Positions 17,427-28,670 are shown, counted from the first letter of the stretch. The stretch: 59,354 nucleotides of DNA from an uncultured Christensenella sp. (GCA_910577795.1 CAJTNW010000006.1:1-59354); one strand, 5' to 3'. The notes: generated by a model from the sequence alone, not told the origin. A program made the numbers and translations.

Positions 17427-18122
17427 TTATTTGTTATTTACAATTTCTATTTTACCAGTTTTTAAGGCAGTTACAAATTGCATTTCATCTATGCTATAAA
17501 TATGTTTTCTGTTTATATTACAAACAACTACAACTTTTTTTTCTATTTTTTCAATATGCAAATCCCCTATGATATCCCCTTCGCAAATTGGGCAAGGCTT
17601 ATCTATTATAATTTCAAAAACGTGTCCGTCTATCAAAACTTCTGCAGGTTTTTTAAAACCATATTTTCTTATAGAAATTTGATTATCTTGCAACCTTTTT
17701 ATACCTTGAGAGTTATAATATCTCTCTAGTGTAAAACCAAAGCAAGTTAACATTGCAAGCATAAAAATAAACAAACAAATAAAAGCAACTATATCAATAG
17801 GTATTAAAACTTTTGCAATAATAGCACCTACTAAAAAAACAATTGCTAACAAAAATGATAAAATAGTATACATTATGCTTTTAGAATATAAGGAGTTTCT
17901 ATCACCTTCTCTTTTAACTTTTAAATCTTCTAAAGGCCATAGTTTGCTATCTACTATATCTTCCTCATAAATAGTTGCTTTTAACTCTTGAACTTTGTCA
18001 TCTAGTGCTTGCCTACTAAGAGGAATTTCTTCCTCTTTTTGCGGTATCAAATATCCACAATATTTACAATATTTGTCATTTTCGTCAATCATTTGACCGC
18101 AATTTTTGCATTTAATATCCAT
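17427..18122 (-). CDS. Hypothetical membrane protein with N-terminal zinc ribbon and C-terminal Cys/His domain
   Basis: CKNCG-x10-CKYCG at the N-terminus, two adjacent TM helices, then C-terminal CPICEGD...C...H. Confidence 0.6.
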   Translation of the reverse strand: MDIKCKNCGQMIDENDKYCKYCGYLIPQKEEEIPLSRQALDDKVQELKATIYEEDIVDSKLWPLEDLKVKREGDRNSLYSKSIMYTILSFLLAIVFLVGAIIAKVLIPIDIVAFICLFIFMLAMLTCFGFTLERYYNSQGIKRLQDNQISIRKYGFKKPAEVLIDGHVFEIIIDKPCPICEGDIIGDLHIEKIEKKVVVVCNINRKHIYSIDEMQFVTALKTGKIEIVNNK

Positions 18123-18192
18123 TGCTTTTATCCTTTTTTATAACCTACAAACATTTTATCATAAAAAATATTTTTTATCAAGTAGTACGTAT

Positions 18193-18227
18193 AAAAAAAT
18201 TCCGACAAAGGTATTACCCTTTGTCGG
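18193..18227 (-). terminator. Intrinsic terminator after the DUF378 gene
   Basis: CCGACAAAGG (18202-18211) / CCTTTGTCGG (18218-18227), with a T7 run on the minus strand. Confidence 0.8.
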
Positions 18228-18310
18228 TATAAAATCAAATGTCAATTTTCCAATTAATAATATTAGTTAATAGGAAATATCTGAAGATATTTGTATTTTA
18301 TAATTATTTA

Positions 18311-18586
18311 TTAAAACTCTTCAGAACTTGACACTTCGTTGCTCTCATGGCGGTCTCTGCCCATAACACTTTCAGGGGCATTAATTCTTCTACCACTGAA
18401 TTTGTTATATGCAAGATAAAATACTAACCATAAACCTGCAACACCTACGATACCATACAAAATTCTTGCACCGATATACGCGTTTGATGTGAAAATCCAG
18501 TTAATAAAGTTAAAATCAAATACACCAACTGAAAACCAGTTAAACGCACCAAGAATCATTAATATCATTGCTATTACTGTAATCAT
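18311..18586 (-). CDS. DUF378 family small membrane protein
   Basis: 91 aa. LGAFNWFSVGVFDFNFINWIF resembles the DUF378 signature (GxLNWGLVG..FNLV). Confidence 0.65.
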   Translation of the reverse strand: MITVIAMILMILGAFNWFSVGVFDFNFINWIFTSNAYIGARILYGIVGVAGLWLVFYLAYNKFSGRRINAPESVMGRDRHESNEVSSSEEF

Positions 18587-18675
18587 TTTTTCCTCCTTGT
18601 AACATTGTTACAACATTATTATCTGTGGATTTTGCTAAATTATACACTCAAAAATAAAATTTATTATTAATACTC

Positions 18676-18704
18676 TTGTTTTTATTCTTAATATATGATA
18701 CAAT
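18676..18704 (+). promoter_or_regulatory. Sigma-A-type promoter for the ACT/UPF0210 operon
   Basis: TTGTTT, 17 nt, TACAAT with an extended TGa element. Lies 35 nt upstream of the ATG at 18740. Confidence 0.55.
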
Positions 18705-18739
18705 AATTACAACTCATTATAAAATCAAAAGAGGTCATT

Positions 18740-19006
18740 ATGAAAGCAATTGTTTCAGTAATTGGTAAAGACAAAAAAGGTATTATTGCAAAAGTTAGCA
18801 ATATTTTATACGAAAATGATATTAATATTGAGGATATCTCTCAAACTATTATGCAAGATTATTTTACTATGATTATGATGGTATCTATCAGTGCAAATAG
18901 TGATGTTACTAAACTTGGTGAAATTTTAACAAAAACAGGTGAAGAACTTGGTGTTATAATTCGCGTTCAACACGAAGATATTTTTAATGCGATGCACAAA
19001 CTTTAA
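18740..19006 (+). CDS. ACT domain-containing protein (UPF0237 family)
   Basis: 88 aa, [20 protein letters not shown]. Always-paired partner of UPF0210. Confidence 0.8.
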   Translation: MKAIVSVIGKDKKGIIAKVSNILYENDINIEDISQTIMQDYFTMIMMVSISANSDVTKLGEILTKTGEELGVIIRVQHEDIFNAMHKL

Positions 19007-19020
19007 TAAGAGGTATCAAA

Positions 19021-20370
19021 ATGATTAATAATAAAGAAATTTTTGAAACTATTCAAATGATAAATCAGCAACATTTGGATGTGCGTACTACTACCCTTGG
19101 TATTTCACTATTAGACTGCTGTTCTGATAGTGCAAAACGCACTGCCGAAAAAGTGTATGATAAAATTACAAAGTCAGCAAAAAATCTAGTTAAAACTGCA
19201 AACGATTTAAGTGCAGAACTAGGTATTCCTATTGTTAATAAACGTGTAAGTGTTACACCAGTTAGTCTTATTACTGCAAACAATGGTGGTCATTTAGAAG
19301 TTATACGCGCTTTAGACAAAGCCGCAAACGAAATTGGTATTGACTTTTTAGGTGGTTACTCTGCTTTGGTTCACAAAGGCATGACTGAGTACGAAAAACA
19401 ATTTATAATGTCTATACCTGAAGCACTTGCTACTACAGGCAAGGTTTGCTCTTCTGTAAATGTTGGTTCAACAAAAACTGGTATCAATATGGATGCCGTT
19501 GCTTTAATGGGAAAGATTATTCGTGAATGTGCGGAAAAAACTGCTGATAAAGATAGTCTTGCTTGTGCTAAACTTGTAGTATTTTGCAATGCTGTTGAAG
19601 ATAATCCATTTATGGCTGGTGCTTTTCATGGTGTTGGCGAAAATGATTTGACATTAAATGTTGGTGTTAGTGGTCCCGGTGTTGTAAAGCACGCACTAGA
19701 GAGTGTTGATGGTGACCTTATTCAAGTTGCAGAAAAAATCAAAGAAACTGCTTTTAAAATTACTCGTGTGGGTTCTCTTGTTTGCAAGGAGACTGCAAAA
19801 CGTTTAGGAGTTAACTGCGGTATAGTGGATTTGTCTCTTGCCCCTACTCCTGTTATGGGTGATAGTGTTGCCCATATATTAGAGGAAATTGGTCTTGAAA
19901 GTGTTGGTGCATGTGGTACTACTGCTTGTCTTGCTATGCTAAATGATGCTGTTAAAAAAGGTGGCATAATGGCAAGTTCTGCTGTAGGCGGTCTGTCTGG
20001 TGCATTTATTCCAGTAAGCGAAGATGCTGGTATGATACGTGCAACTGAGTGCGGCGACCTTAATATAGAAAAACTTGAAGCCATGACTTGTGTATGCTCT
20101 GTTGGACTTGATATGATTGCTATCCCTGGCGATACACCTGCAGAAGTTATTAGTGGTATTATTGCAGATGAGTCTGCAATTGGTATGGTAAATATGAAGA
20201 CAACTGCTGTTAGAGTTATTCCTGTTATTGGAAAAGGTGTTGGCGATTATGCAGAGTTTGGCGGACTATTAGGGCATGCTCCTATTATTGCAGTAAACAA
20301 AAATTCACCTTTAAAATTTATAAAAAGAGGTGGCAGAATACCTGCTCCACTTCATAGTTTGAAAAACTAA
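19021..20370 (+). CDS. UPF0210 (DUF711) family protein
   Basis: 449 aa, ...[23 protein letters not shown]...[13 protein letters not shown].. Follows the ACT gene by 14 nt. Confidence 0.8.
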   Translation: MINNKEIFETIQMINQQHLDVRTTTLGISLLDCCSDSAKRTAEKVYDKITKSAKNLVKTANDLSAELGIPIVNKRVSVTPVSLITANNGGHLEVIRALDKAANEIGIDFLGGYSALVHKGMTEYEKQFIMSIPEALATTGKVCSSVNVGSTKTGINMDAVALMGKIIRECAEKTADKDSLACAKLVVFCNAVEDNPFMAGAFHGVGENDLTLNVGVSGPGVVKHALESVDGDLIQVAEKIKETAFKITRVGSLVCKETAKRLGVNCGIVDLSLAPTPVMGDSVAHILEEIGLESVGACGTTACLAMLNDAVKKGGIMASSAVGGLSGAFIPVSEDAGMIRATECGDLNIEKLEAMTCVCSVGLDMIAIPGDTPAEVISGIIADESAIGMVNMKTTAVRVIPVIGKGVGDYAEFGGLLGHAPIIAVNKNSPLKFIKRGGRIPAPLHSLKN

Positions 20371-20384
20371 TAAGGATATATAAT

Positions 20385-20918
20385 ATGAGTATAAATAATC
20401 AGAATATACCTGATAATAAAACAAATAGTTCCGATTTTCAACCAGAAAATCAAACTATTAAAGAAGAACCTGACCTGAACACAATAAATAATATAAGCAA
20501 TGAAGATATAAAAGAGCATAGTATAAATAAACAAGTAGATATTGAAAACATACAAAGAGATGCTACTGAAGAAGTAATTGCAAACAATAGTAATGAAAAT
20601 AAACATTGCACACTTGACCGCAAAAAAGATGAAAAACTAAAAAACCTTTCTTTTATATGTATACCTTTTATTCTTGCAGCAATTGTAATATCATTATTTA
20701 ATATTGGTAAAGTACGTCAGCCACTTAGTTTTTTACTTTTAGCAATAGGACTAATTGCTCTTGCAATAAGCAATTTTATTAGAAGCAAAATAATAAGTAA
20801 AAGTTGTAGTTGTAAAGACTGCCTACATCAAAGTAAATCTTCTTTTAAATATTCTATTTTATATGGCATTGCTTCATTAGGATTTTTAGGTACTTTTATT
20901 TATTACATAGCAGTATAA
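20385..20918 (+). CDS. Hypothetical membrane protein with Asn/Glu-rich N-terminal region
   Basis: 177 aa: a low-complexity N-terminal half, three TM segments, and a CSCKDC motif. Confidence 0.55.
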   Translation: MSINNQNIPDNKTNSSDFQPENQTIKEEPDLNTINNISNEDIKEHSINKQVDIENIQRDATEEVIANNSNENKHCTLDRKKDEKLKNLSFICIPFILAAIVISLFNIGKVRQPLSFLLLAIGLIALAISNFIRSKIISKSCSCKDCLHQSKSSFKYSILYGIASLGFLGTFIYYIAV

Positions 20919-20944
20919 GGTTGTATAAAAACAACCTTTTTATT
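20917..20944 (+). terminator. Intrinsic terminator after 20385-20918
   Basis: AAGGTTGT-ataaaa-ACAACCTT plus a T-run. Confidence 0.7.
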
Positions 20945-20993
20945 TACAATATATATTGATATATAAATTTAATTTTTAATGTAAAGGTAAAAT

Positions 20994-21248
20994 ATGAAAA
21001 TTTGGGCAAAACTTTTAATTGACGGAAAAAATGTTAAAGACACATTGTATAACGACAATATGCCTTTGACTTTTGATAGTTATGAAAATATGTTGCGAAA
21101 AGTTGCGGAACAATTAGATGTATCCTCTCCAGTTACTATGATGATACACTTTAGGCATTTTAAGGAATTTAATACTCACCGCTTTAAACCAGACGATTTT
21201 ATTGAAAGTTTTGAGTATGACTCTATGGAAATTGAATGTTATGAATAG
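20994..21248 (+). CDS. Hypothetical small protein (84 aa)
   Basis: Intact ORF MKIWAKLLIDGKNVKD... with a weak AAAGG RBS, bracketed by terminators. No recognizable family. Confidence 0.5.
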   Translation: MKIWAKLLIDGKNVKDTLYNDNMPLTFDSYENMLRKVAEQLDVSSPVTMMIHFRHFKEFNTHRFKPDDFIESFEYDSMEIECYE

Positions 21249-21250
21249 CA

Positions 21251-21290
21251 TTAAAATAAGGATATGAATTTTTCATATCCTTATTGTTTT
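21251..21290. terminator. Bidirectional terminator between convergent genes
   Basis: 14-bp perfect stem AATAAGGATATGAA (21255-21268) / TTCATATCCTTATT (21272-21285). Confidence 0.8.
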
Positions 21291-21291
21291 A

Positions 21292-21909
21292 TCAAACTAA
21301 TACAAACTGCAAATATACTATAAATGTTTCATCAAGCACCATTTGTAAAAGCACTGTGTTTACACTTGCACTACCCTCTATAGTATAAACAAATTGCCCC
21401 TCTTCATAGTAGCCTATGTATATACCAGAAACATCTTCATCAAATATTGATATTTTTTGTTTAAAATTATATTCGTTTGTTACACCGCTCAAAAATTCTT
21501 GCTTTACAATACCATTTTTAAAAATTAATTTTGAACCATAATATTCAGAATAAACTTCATTTATATAAAGTTGCATTTCCTCCATTGATGGCAAAGATAA
21601 ATCTTCGTATACTTCTTCATCTTCTTCAGTTGCAACACTTCCCAAATCAGGATACAACATTGCAGTATATTGAATAGCCGCAGTATCAAAAACAAAAGTC
21701 TTACCATTAACATCTAATGTTAACTCTGCTTGTTGAGTTTTATTAGCCTCTTCAAATTTATCTTGCTTATTATCTAGCCCTTCATTTTCTTTATTGATAG
21801 TATTTTCATCACCTGTTATAGGTATTCTAAAAATATCACATGCAGTAAGACTTACTAAACTTATAAGCAAAAACACTACAACCAATATACAAACTATTTT
21901 CTTTTTCAT
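21292..21909 (-). CDS. Hypothetical lipoprotein
   Basis: MKKKIVCILVVVFLLISLVSLTAC: signal peptide plus lipobox LTAC. 205 aa. Confidence 0.7.
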   Translation of the reverse strand: MKKKIVCILVVVFLLISLVSLTACDIFRIPITGDENTINKENEGLDNKQDKFEEANKTQQAELTLDVNGKTFVFDTAAIQYTAMLYPDLGSVATEEDEEVYEDLSLPSMEEMQLYINEVYSEYYGSKLIFKNGIVKQEFLSGVTNEYNFKQKISIFDEDVSGIYIGYYEEGQFVYTIEGSASVNTVLLQMVLDETFIVYLQFVLV

Positions 21910-22109
21910 AACTTACCTACTCATATTTACTATGAACTTTATTATTTATATTTTATCACTTTTAAGAAAACAATGTCAAGTCACATATAAAACTTATGCT
22001 TTATATCTGTAAAAATTAGGCATTTTAATAATACAACAAATTAATAAAAGACATAATTTGACTACATAATATAAACTATAGAAAGTAAATTTTAATTAAA
22101 TTAAAATTT

Positions 22110-22146
22110 TATATTGCTAACGCAATAAACTTGCAAATTGCAAGTG
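22110..22146 (-). terminator. Terminator region after leuB (two short hairpins)
   Basis: ACTTGCAA/TTGCAAGT palindrome (22129-22145), then TATTGC-gtta-GCAATA. T-rich tail on the minus strand. Confidence 0.55.
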
Positions 22147-22202
22147 CTTCCAGTATGAATTAACATCAGTTGCTGTCAAATGCCACTTCGTGTCGCTTGA
22201 CA

Positions 22203-23279
22203 TCAACTTCTTCCGATAATATAACTACAAATAATATCGCCAACCTCGCTACACTTAACCAGTTTTTTATCTGGTTGCATAATATCCTGTGTGCGATAGC
22301 CATTTTGTATAAATAGTTCAATTGCTCTTTCTATACTTTTTGCCTCATCAAACATTCCAAACGAATTTTTTAACATCATTGAGGCACTACTTATCATTCC
22401 TATAGGATTTGCAATATCTTTGCCTGCAATGTCAGGCGCAGAACCATGTATTGCTTCATAAAAGCCTCTGCTACCATCACCAATAGAACAAGAACCCGCC
22501 ATTCCTATAGAGCCTACTATAGCACTCGCCTCATCACTTAAAATATCCCCAAACATATTTTCTGTTAAAATAACATCGATTTTTGATGGGTTTTTGATAA
22601 GTTGCATCGCACAATTATCCACATACATATAAGATACATTTACATTAGGATAAGATTTTGCCATATCACCAACAACTTTTCTCCACAATTTAGAAGTTGC
22701 TAGGACATTTGCTTTATCCACTAACAATAAATTGCCACTTCTTTTTAAAGATAACTCAAAAGCGACTTTTGCAACTCTTTTAATTTCATTTTCTGTATAT
22801 TTCATTATATCAGTTGCAGTTTTCTCAGTATTTTCTACACTTTCGCTATGCTGCCCAAAATAAACACCGCTTACAAGTTCACGTACTATCATAATATCAA
22901 TACCACTGCCAACTATGTTTGCCTTTAATGGGCTATCCAGTTCTTTAAACAATTTTTGTGGGCGAAGATTTGCATAAACTTGCATTGCTTTTCTAATACC
23001 TAACAAGGCTTTTTCTGGTCTATTTTCAGGGGATTCATTATCCCATTTTGGTCCACCAACTGCACCTAATAGAGTACTATCAGCAGAAAGCACCTTATCT
23101 AAAGTTTCTTGTGGCAGGCATTTACCAGTTTTGTCAATTGCAGCACCACCTGCTAAACAATAATGATATACAAATTTATGATTATATTTTTCTGCTACTG
23201 TGTTTAATACCTTAATAGCCTCTGCCATAACTTCAGGGCCTATTCCATCGCCTTCAATAACGCATATATTTTTTACCAT
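22203..23279 (-). CDS. leuB: 3-isopropylmalate dehydrogenase
   Basis: 358 aa, ICVIEGDGIGPEV...NLRP...MIVRELVSGVYFG...ENMFGDILSDEAS. Confidence 0.95.
   Translation of the reverse strand: MVKNICVIEGDGIGPEVMAEAIKVLNTVAEKYNHKFVYHYCLAGGAAIDKTGKCLPQETLDKVLSADSTLLGAVGGPKWDNESPENRPEKALLGIRKAMQVYANLRPQKLFKELDSPLKANIVGSGIDIMIVRELVSGVYFGQHSESVENTEKTATDIMKYTENEIKRVAKVAFELSLKRSGNLLLVDKANVLATSKLWRKVVGDMAKSYPNVNVSYMYVDNCAMQLIKNPSKIDVILTENMFGDILSDEASAIVGSIGMAGSCSIGDGSRGFYEAIHGSAPDIAGKDIANPIGMISSASMMLKNSFGMFDEAKSIERAIELFIQNGYRTQDIMQPDKKLVKCSEVGDIICSYIIGRS
22577..22586 (+). repeat. Core copy of the polar motif CGATTTTTGA inside leuB
   Basis: Exact 10-mer. It encodes SKID on the minus strand. Confidence 0.75.
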
Positions 23280-23289
23280 AAAATATACC

Positions 23290-23778
23290 TCACTTACAAC
23301 TATTTTTTATACTATTAATATAGCCATTATTTTTTATAATGTTTTGAATAAATTCTGGAAAAGGTACTACTTCTGTAGTCCAATTCTGAGTTTTATTAGT
23401 AATAATTCCTTTATCCAAATCAACACTCACAATATCATCTGCATTAATTTTATCTGCCATATCACACTCCAAAATAGCAAGACCAATATTAATACTATTT
23501 CTATAAAAAATCCTTGCAAATGATTTTGCAATAACTATACTTACCCCACTTGCCTTTATAGCAATAGGTGCGTGCTCTCTTGAAGAGCCACAACCAAAAT
23601 TGTTGCCGCCGACTATAATATCACCAGACTTAACATTTTTTGCAAAATCCTTGTCAATATCTTCCATACAATGGTTTGCAAGTTCCTTATGGTCCTGTGT
23701 GTTAAGATATCTTGCAGGAATAATTACGTCTGTATCTACATTATCACCAAACTTAAAAACTTTACCTTCTAAAAACAT
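23290..23778 (-). CDS. leuD: 3-isopropylmalate dehydratase small subunit
   Basis: 162 aa, [17 protein letters not shown]...[15 protein letters not shown]. Confidence 0.95.
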   Translation of the reverse strand: MFLEGKVFKFGDNVDTDVIIPARYLNTQDHKELANHCMEDIDKDFAKNVKSGDIIVGGNNFGCGSSREHAPIAIKASGVSIVIAKSFARIFYRNSINIGLAILECDMADKINADDIVSVDLDKGIITNKTQNWTTEVVPFPEFIQNIIKNNGYINSIKNSCK

Positions 23779-23779
23779 A

Positions 23780-25039
23780 TCAAACCTCCTCTGGGGTCGC
23801 TAGTCTGCCCAAAATACTACTTGCTGCTGCCACACTTGGACTAGCAAGATAAATTTTACTATTAATATGCCCCATTCTACCTATAAAGTTCCTGTTAGTA
23901 GTTGACACACAACTTTCACCATCTGCAAGTATGCCCATGTGTCCACCAAGACAAGGTCCACAAGTTGGAGTACTAATAATAGCCCCCGCCTTTATAAATA
24001 TTTCTGCCAAACCATTTTTTATACATTTTAAATAAATATCTTGTGTTGCCGGAATGATTATACACTTTAAGCCTTTCGCAACTTTTCTACCTTTTAAAAT
24101 TTCCGCTGCTATGCACATATCCTCATATCTACCATTAGTACAAGAACCTATTACAACTTGTGTGATAGGAATGATGCCCCACTCGTTTGGAGTTTTAACA
24201 TTTTCAGGCAAATGAGGAAAAGCAACACAATAATCTATTTCTGACAAATCAATAGTATATGTCTTATAATATTCCGCATCATCATCTGCAACTTCAACAG
24301 TATATTCTTTATCGCAATGCTCTTTTAAATATTTTTCTGTAATTTTGTCTACTGCAAAAATTCCGTTTTTAGCACCCGCTTCAACCGCCATATTAGCAAT
24401 GGTAAATCTGTCTGCCATATTAAGATATTTTAGTCCACTGCCAACAAACTCCATGCTACAATATCTTGCACCTTCCACACCAATTTTGCCAATAATGTAC
24501 AAAATAACTTCTTTACCTGTAATACCTTTTTTAGGCTTGCCGATAATTTCAAACTTAATACTCTTTGGCACTTTAAACCAACTTTGTCCTGTTACCATTG
24601 CAACAGCAAAATCAGTTGAGCCAACACCACTAGAAAATGCACCAAGCGCACCATAAGTACAAGTATGAGAATCCGCACCAATAATCATATCACCCGCTTT
24701 AACCAAACCTTTTTCTGGCAAAAAAGCATGTTCTATACCTGATTCCCCAATATCATAAAAGTGTTTAATACCGATTTTTGACGCAAAATTTTTAGTTTTT
24801 TGCACCTGAATAGCAGATTTTATATCTTTGCAAGGTACAAAATGGTCCATAATCAAAGCAATTTTTTCCTTGTCAAAAACTTTATTAAATTCTGCTTTTT
24901 CAAATTCGTCAATAGCAAGAGGTGCAGTAATATCATTTGCTAAAATCATATCCAAGTTTGCCATAACAAGCATGCCAGGCTGCACACTTTCCAAACCACA
25001 ATGTTTAGCAATAATTTTTTCTGTCATTGTCATTGCCAT
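23780..25039 (-). CDS. leuC: 3-isopropylmalate dehydratase large subunit
   Basis: 419 aa, MTEKIIAKH...[11 protein letters not shown]...GSCTNGR...CGPCLG aconitase-family cluster ligands. Confidence 0.95.
   Translation of the reverse strand: MAMTMTEKIIAKHCGLESVQPGMLVMANLDMILANDITAPLAIDEFEKAEFNKVFDKEKIALIMDHFVPCKDIKSAIQVQKTKNFASKIGIKHFYDIGESGIEHAFLPEKGLVKAGDMIIGADSHTCTYGALGAFSSGVGSTDFAVAMVTGQSWFKVPKSIKFEIIGKPKKGITGKEVILYIIGKIGVEGARYCSMEFVGSGLKYLNMADRFTIANMAVEAGAKNGIFAVDKITEKYLKEHCDKEYTVEVADDDAEYYKTYTIDLSEIDYCVAFPHLPENVKTPNEWGIIPITQVVIGSCTNGRYEDMCIAAEILKGRKVAKGLKCIIIPATQDIYLKCIKNGLAEIFIKAGAIISTPTCGPCLGGHMGILADGESCVSTTNRNFIGRMGHINSKIYLASPSVAAASSILGRLATPEEV
24765..24780 (+). repeat. Copy of the polar motif (TAATACCGATTTTTGA) inside leuC
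   Basis: 16 nt identical to the intergenic consensus. It encodes SKIGIK on the minus strand. Confidence 0.8.
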
Positions 25040-25041
25040 AA

Positions 25042-26703
25042 TTATACCTCCTTAAATTGTCTATTAATTGCAGATAGCAAAGCCTTGATAGATGAACTTG
25101 CAATATCTTCATCCTCACCAACACCCCATATCTTTTTATCTCCAATTGTAATACTTACATAAGAGATAGCAAGCGAGTTAGAACCAACTTCCTTTGCGTG
25201 CTCTTTATAATCTGTTAAAATGTAATGATAACCAAGTCCATGCTTAATTGCATTTGAAACACTATCCAACATACCATTACCCTTGCCACTTAATCTTCTT
25301 ATAGTTCCACCTTTTTGTACTTCCAATATAACATTGTAATTATCTTTATTTTTGTTAAAACTATAATCATTAAGTTTTATAGGATTATCCAAATTAATAT
25401 AAGCATTTTTAAAAATATCCAAAACTTCATCATTTTGTAATTCTTTATGCAAATTATCACTAAAGCCTTTTACTGTATATCCTAATTCCTCACGCATACC
25501 AATAGGTATTTCATAGCCATATACACTCTCAAGCAAATAACTTACACCGCCTTTGCCAGACTGACTATTTATACGTATAACATCTGCCATATACTCTTTG
25601 CCAACATCCTTAGGGTCAATTGCAAGATAAGGCACATTCCAATAATCTGCCATACCACTTGCCCTGTATGCCATACCTTTTGCAATAGCATCTTGATGTG
25701 AGCCGCTAAACGCAGCATAAACTAATTCTCCAACATACGGCTGTCTTGGAGGAACTTTCATTTGTGTTAATTTTTCATACAACTTAATAATTTCTGGCAT
25801 ATTATCAAAATTCAATTTTGGGTCTATGCCATGTGAATACAAATTCATAGCAAAAGTAATTATGTCACCATTACCTGTTCTTTCACCATTACCAAACAAT
25901 GTGCCTTCTATTCTATCTCCACCAGCAAGCAAACCTAATTCACCATCCGCAATTGCTGTACCTCTATCATTGTGAGGATGCAAAGATATAATTACATTTT
26001 CACGATAATTCATATTTTTGCTAATATACTCTACTTGTTTTGCGTAAATATGTGGCAAACTCAACTCAACAGTAACTGGTAAATTTATTATAACTTTATT
26101 AGTTTTAGTAGGTTTAAATACTTCTAACACACTATTTATAACTTCCAACGCATATTCAGGCTCTGTACCAGAAAAACTTTCTGGCGAATATTCAAAAGTT
26201 ACTTTGCCATCAAAGTTTTTAGCAAGATTTACTGCATAACTAGCACCACTTACCGCTAAATCAATAATCTCTTGCTTGGATTTTTTAAAAACTTGCTCCC
26301 TTTGTGCAACTGAAGTACTATTATAAAGATGACAAATTACACTTTTCGCACCCTTTAGTGCTTCAAAAGTTTTGTCAATAATGTGCGGTCTTGCCTGTGT
26401 CAACACCTGAATAGTTACATCATCAGGTATTAAGTTTTTTTCAATTAAAGTACGAATAAAATCAAATTCTGTTTGAGATGCAGCAGGAAATCCAACTTCA
26501 ATTTCCTTAAAACCAATATTGCAGAGTATCTTAAAAAATTCTAATTTTTGCTCTAGATTCATAGGTGTAATTAATGCTTGATTACCATCACGCAAATCAA
26601 CACTACACCATATAGGTGCTTTGTCCAAATACTCTTTGTCCACCCAACTACTATTGTTACCTTGCGGCATAAAATAACCGCGTCTGTATTTTTTATAATC
26701 CAT
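25042..26703 (-). CDS. leuA: 2-isopropylmalate synthase (long, LeuA type 2 form)
   Basis: 553 aa, [12 protein letters not shown]...HPHNDRGT... with the C-terminal regulatory domain. GGAG RBS. Confidence 0.93.
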   Translation of the reverse strand: MDYKKYRRGYFMPQGNNSSWVDKEYLDKAPIWCSVDLRDGNQALITPMNLEQKLEFFKILCNIGFKEIEVGFPAASQTEFDFIRTLIEKNLIPDDVTIQVLTQARPHIIDKTFEALKGAKSVICHLYNSTSVAQREQVFKKSKQEIIDLAVSGASYAVNLAKNFDGKVTFEYSPESFSGTEPEYALEVINSVLEVFKPTKTNKVIINLPVTVELSLPHIYAKQVEYISKNMNYRENVIISLHPHNDRGTAIADGELGLLAGGDRIEGTLFGNGERTGNGDIITFAMNLYSHGIDPKLNFDNMPEIIKLYEKLTQMKVPPRQPYVGELVYAAFSGSHQDAIAKGMAYRASGMADYWNVPYLAIDPKDVGKEYMADVIRINSQSGKGGVSYLLESVYGYEIPIGMREELGYTVKGFSDNLHKELQNDEVLDIFKNAYINLDNPIKLNDYSFNKNKDNYNVILEVQKGGTIRRLSGKGNGMLDSVSNAIKHGLGYHYILTDYKEHAKEVGSNSLAISYVSITIGDKKIWGVGEDEDIASSSIKALLSAINRQFKEV

Positions 26704-26749
26704 AGTATACTCCTACAATATTAGATTTCTTCTAAAAATATATTAATAT

Positions 26750-26778
26750 ATTTTATCAAAAAAATTTTTAGTTGTCAA
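26750..26778 (-). promoter_or_regulatory. Sigma-A-type promoter of the leuABCD operon
   Basis: Minus strand TTGACA, 17 nt, TAAAAT with an extended TGa. The leader is only about 40 nt, with no T-box or attenuator. Confidence 0.65.
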
Positions 26779-26814
26779 TATTGATTAAAATAATTTATCG
26801 TTATATTGTAATGC

Positions 26815-26851
26815 AAAAGAATAAACAAGGCTAAAATTTTAACCTTGTTTT
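26815..26851 (-). terminator. Intrinsic terminator after the MFS gene
   Basis: AAACAAGG (26823-26830) / CCTTGTTT (26843-26850), followed by a T-rich tract on the minus strand. Confidence 0.7.
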
Positions 26852-26882
26852 AAATTTTGGATAATTTTTTAATAAAATCTGT

Positions 26883-28118
26883 TTAATAAAGAGATTTATT
26901 AACTTGTGTATCACTATTTTGCAAGTTTTTCTTATTTCTTTTTATTAGACCATATATTGCTATATGGCAGATACTGCACAAAAATGGTAAGCATGAAATA
27001 ATTAAAAACATTTTTGATAGTGATAGACTATCTGCAATATTTCCTGCTATTGCGCCAAACATAGATGCACCTATGTCACCAAAAATAGCAAGTGTACTGA
27101 ATATCCATGCACCCGCTTTAGGAAAAGCCTCACCTGCAATAGATATAACTCCTGGCCAACACATACTGCTAAATAACCCTACTAATATGCACAACACTAA
27201 TGACAATATAGTATTTATTTCTAATCCTATCAATAAATATGCTACACCTGCAAGCAAACAAGATATTATAAGCACCATATTCAAATTGATTTTATGACCA
27301 AAAAAGCCAAATATCAACCTACCAGTACCTAACATTACTGCAAACAATAACATTCCTATCATGTCAGACATTAATTTGCTTACACCAAGGTTTAGTTCGC
27401 AAAAAGTAGATACATATTGGTTCATTATAATTTCCACACCTGCACCTACAACAATTGCAATACAACACAAAATATATATTGGTGATTTTGCAACTTTGAT
27501 AGATGAAGTATTTTTGCCTTGGCTACTTCTTTCCTCAACTATTTTTACTGGGACAAACTGCAAAGTATTTAGCACAGGCACAATTGATAAACAGCCTATA
27601 ATATACATCCAGTTTTCAGCACCAAGAAAGTTTAAACATAAAGCGATAATTACAATGCTTACTGCTTGCCACCAAGCATAAAAAGAATGTAATAAACTCA
27701 TAGCCGCTTTTTTATTTTTAAATGTATCAGGTATAGTATCCACAATAGGACTAAGTACTACCTCAAGCATACCGCTAGCAAAAGAAAAAATTATAGTAGA
27801 AAATACAAAAGGAATAAACGGATTTGCAGGCATAATTTTTGGAGACATACAATATAAAATCATTCCAATAAAGCCTAATAAATTAGCGATATAAACTAAA
27901 TTTTTGTATTTGACTTTATCAATAATAAATGTAAGCAAAACATCTGCCAAAATTTGAGTACCAAAGTTTATACCTACTAAAATCCCCATTTGCCCTAATG
28001 TTAAGCCATATAAACTCATAAACGGCACCATTAGCAAAGCCGTCATATTTGCATAAATAGCCTGACTAGCATTAGCAGTGCAACTAGCAATAAGTAGTCT
28101 ATTATAATTGTTATTCAT
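26883..28118 (-). CDS. MFS transporter
   Basis: About 12 TM segments, 411 aa from the ATG at 28118 (GGAG RBS). The ORF-track start at 28148 is a GTG without an RBS. Confidence 0.75.
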   Translation of the reverse strand: MNNNYNRLLIASCTANASQAIYANMTALLMVPFMSLYGLTLGQMGILVGINFGTQILADVLLTFIIDKVKYKNLVYIANLLGFIGMILYCMSPKIMPANPFIPFVFSTIIFSFASGMLEVVLSPIVDTIPDTFKNKKAAMSLLHSFYAWWQAVSIVIIALCLNFLGAENWMYIIGCLSIVPVLNTLQFVPVKIVEERSSQGKNTSSIKVAKSPIYILCCIAIVVGAGVEIIMNQYVSTFCELNLGVSKLMSDMIGMLLFAVMLGTGRLIFGFFGHKINLNMVLIISCLLAGVAYLLIGLEINTILSLVLCILVGLFSSMCWPGVISIAGEAFPKAGAWIFSTLAIFGDIGASMFGAIAGNIADSLSLSKMFLIISCLPFLCSICHIAIYGLIKRNKKNLQNSDTQVNKSLY

Positions 28119-28639
28119 TTTTTTATTACTCCAATTACTGTCTTGCACTATTTGTCCTCCGTAAATATTTATTATGCAAAAACAGCAATTTATTTATGAA
28201 TTTGTTGTTTATTGCAATGTAATTTATAAAACATTTTACCTTTAAATAAAGTTTTTGCAACAAACAACTATGTACCATAAAGAATATTAATTATTAAATA
28301 TCCTCAAAACATAATACGCAAAATTTATTTTAAAAGTGAAAATGTATTTTTATATAATTTTATCATACATAGTATAATACTTTTAATAAAAAAATGCAAT
28401 ATTTTTTAATACAAACAAAAACAACTTATTACTTTAAAAATAATAACGATTTTCGTAGGGTATTTTTATAAATTTTAAACTAAAGCAACTATTTTTCTTT
28501 TACATAAATTGTTTGCTCTACAATATGAGATAAAACAGATGAAAAAAAAGTTATAATTTTTAATTAATTTTGCCAAATAATTTTTATTAATATATGTTTT
28601 GCTTTTGTAGGTGCATATTAATTTAAAATATATTATTAA

Positions 28640-28670
28640 ATAAAAGACAATAGCAGGAATAATCCTGCTA
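28640..28670 (-). terminator. Intrinsic terminator after rplQ (end of the ribosomal supercluster)
   Basis: TAGCAGGA (28651-28658) / TCCTGCTA (28663-28670), with a T-rich tail on the minus strand. Confidence 0.75.
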
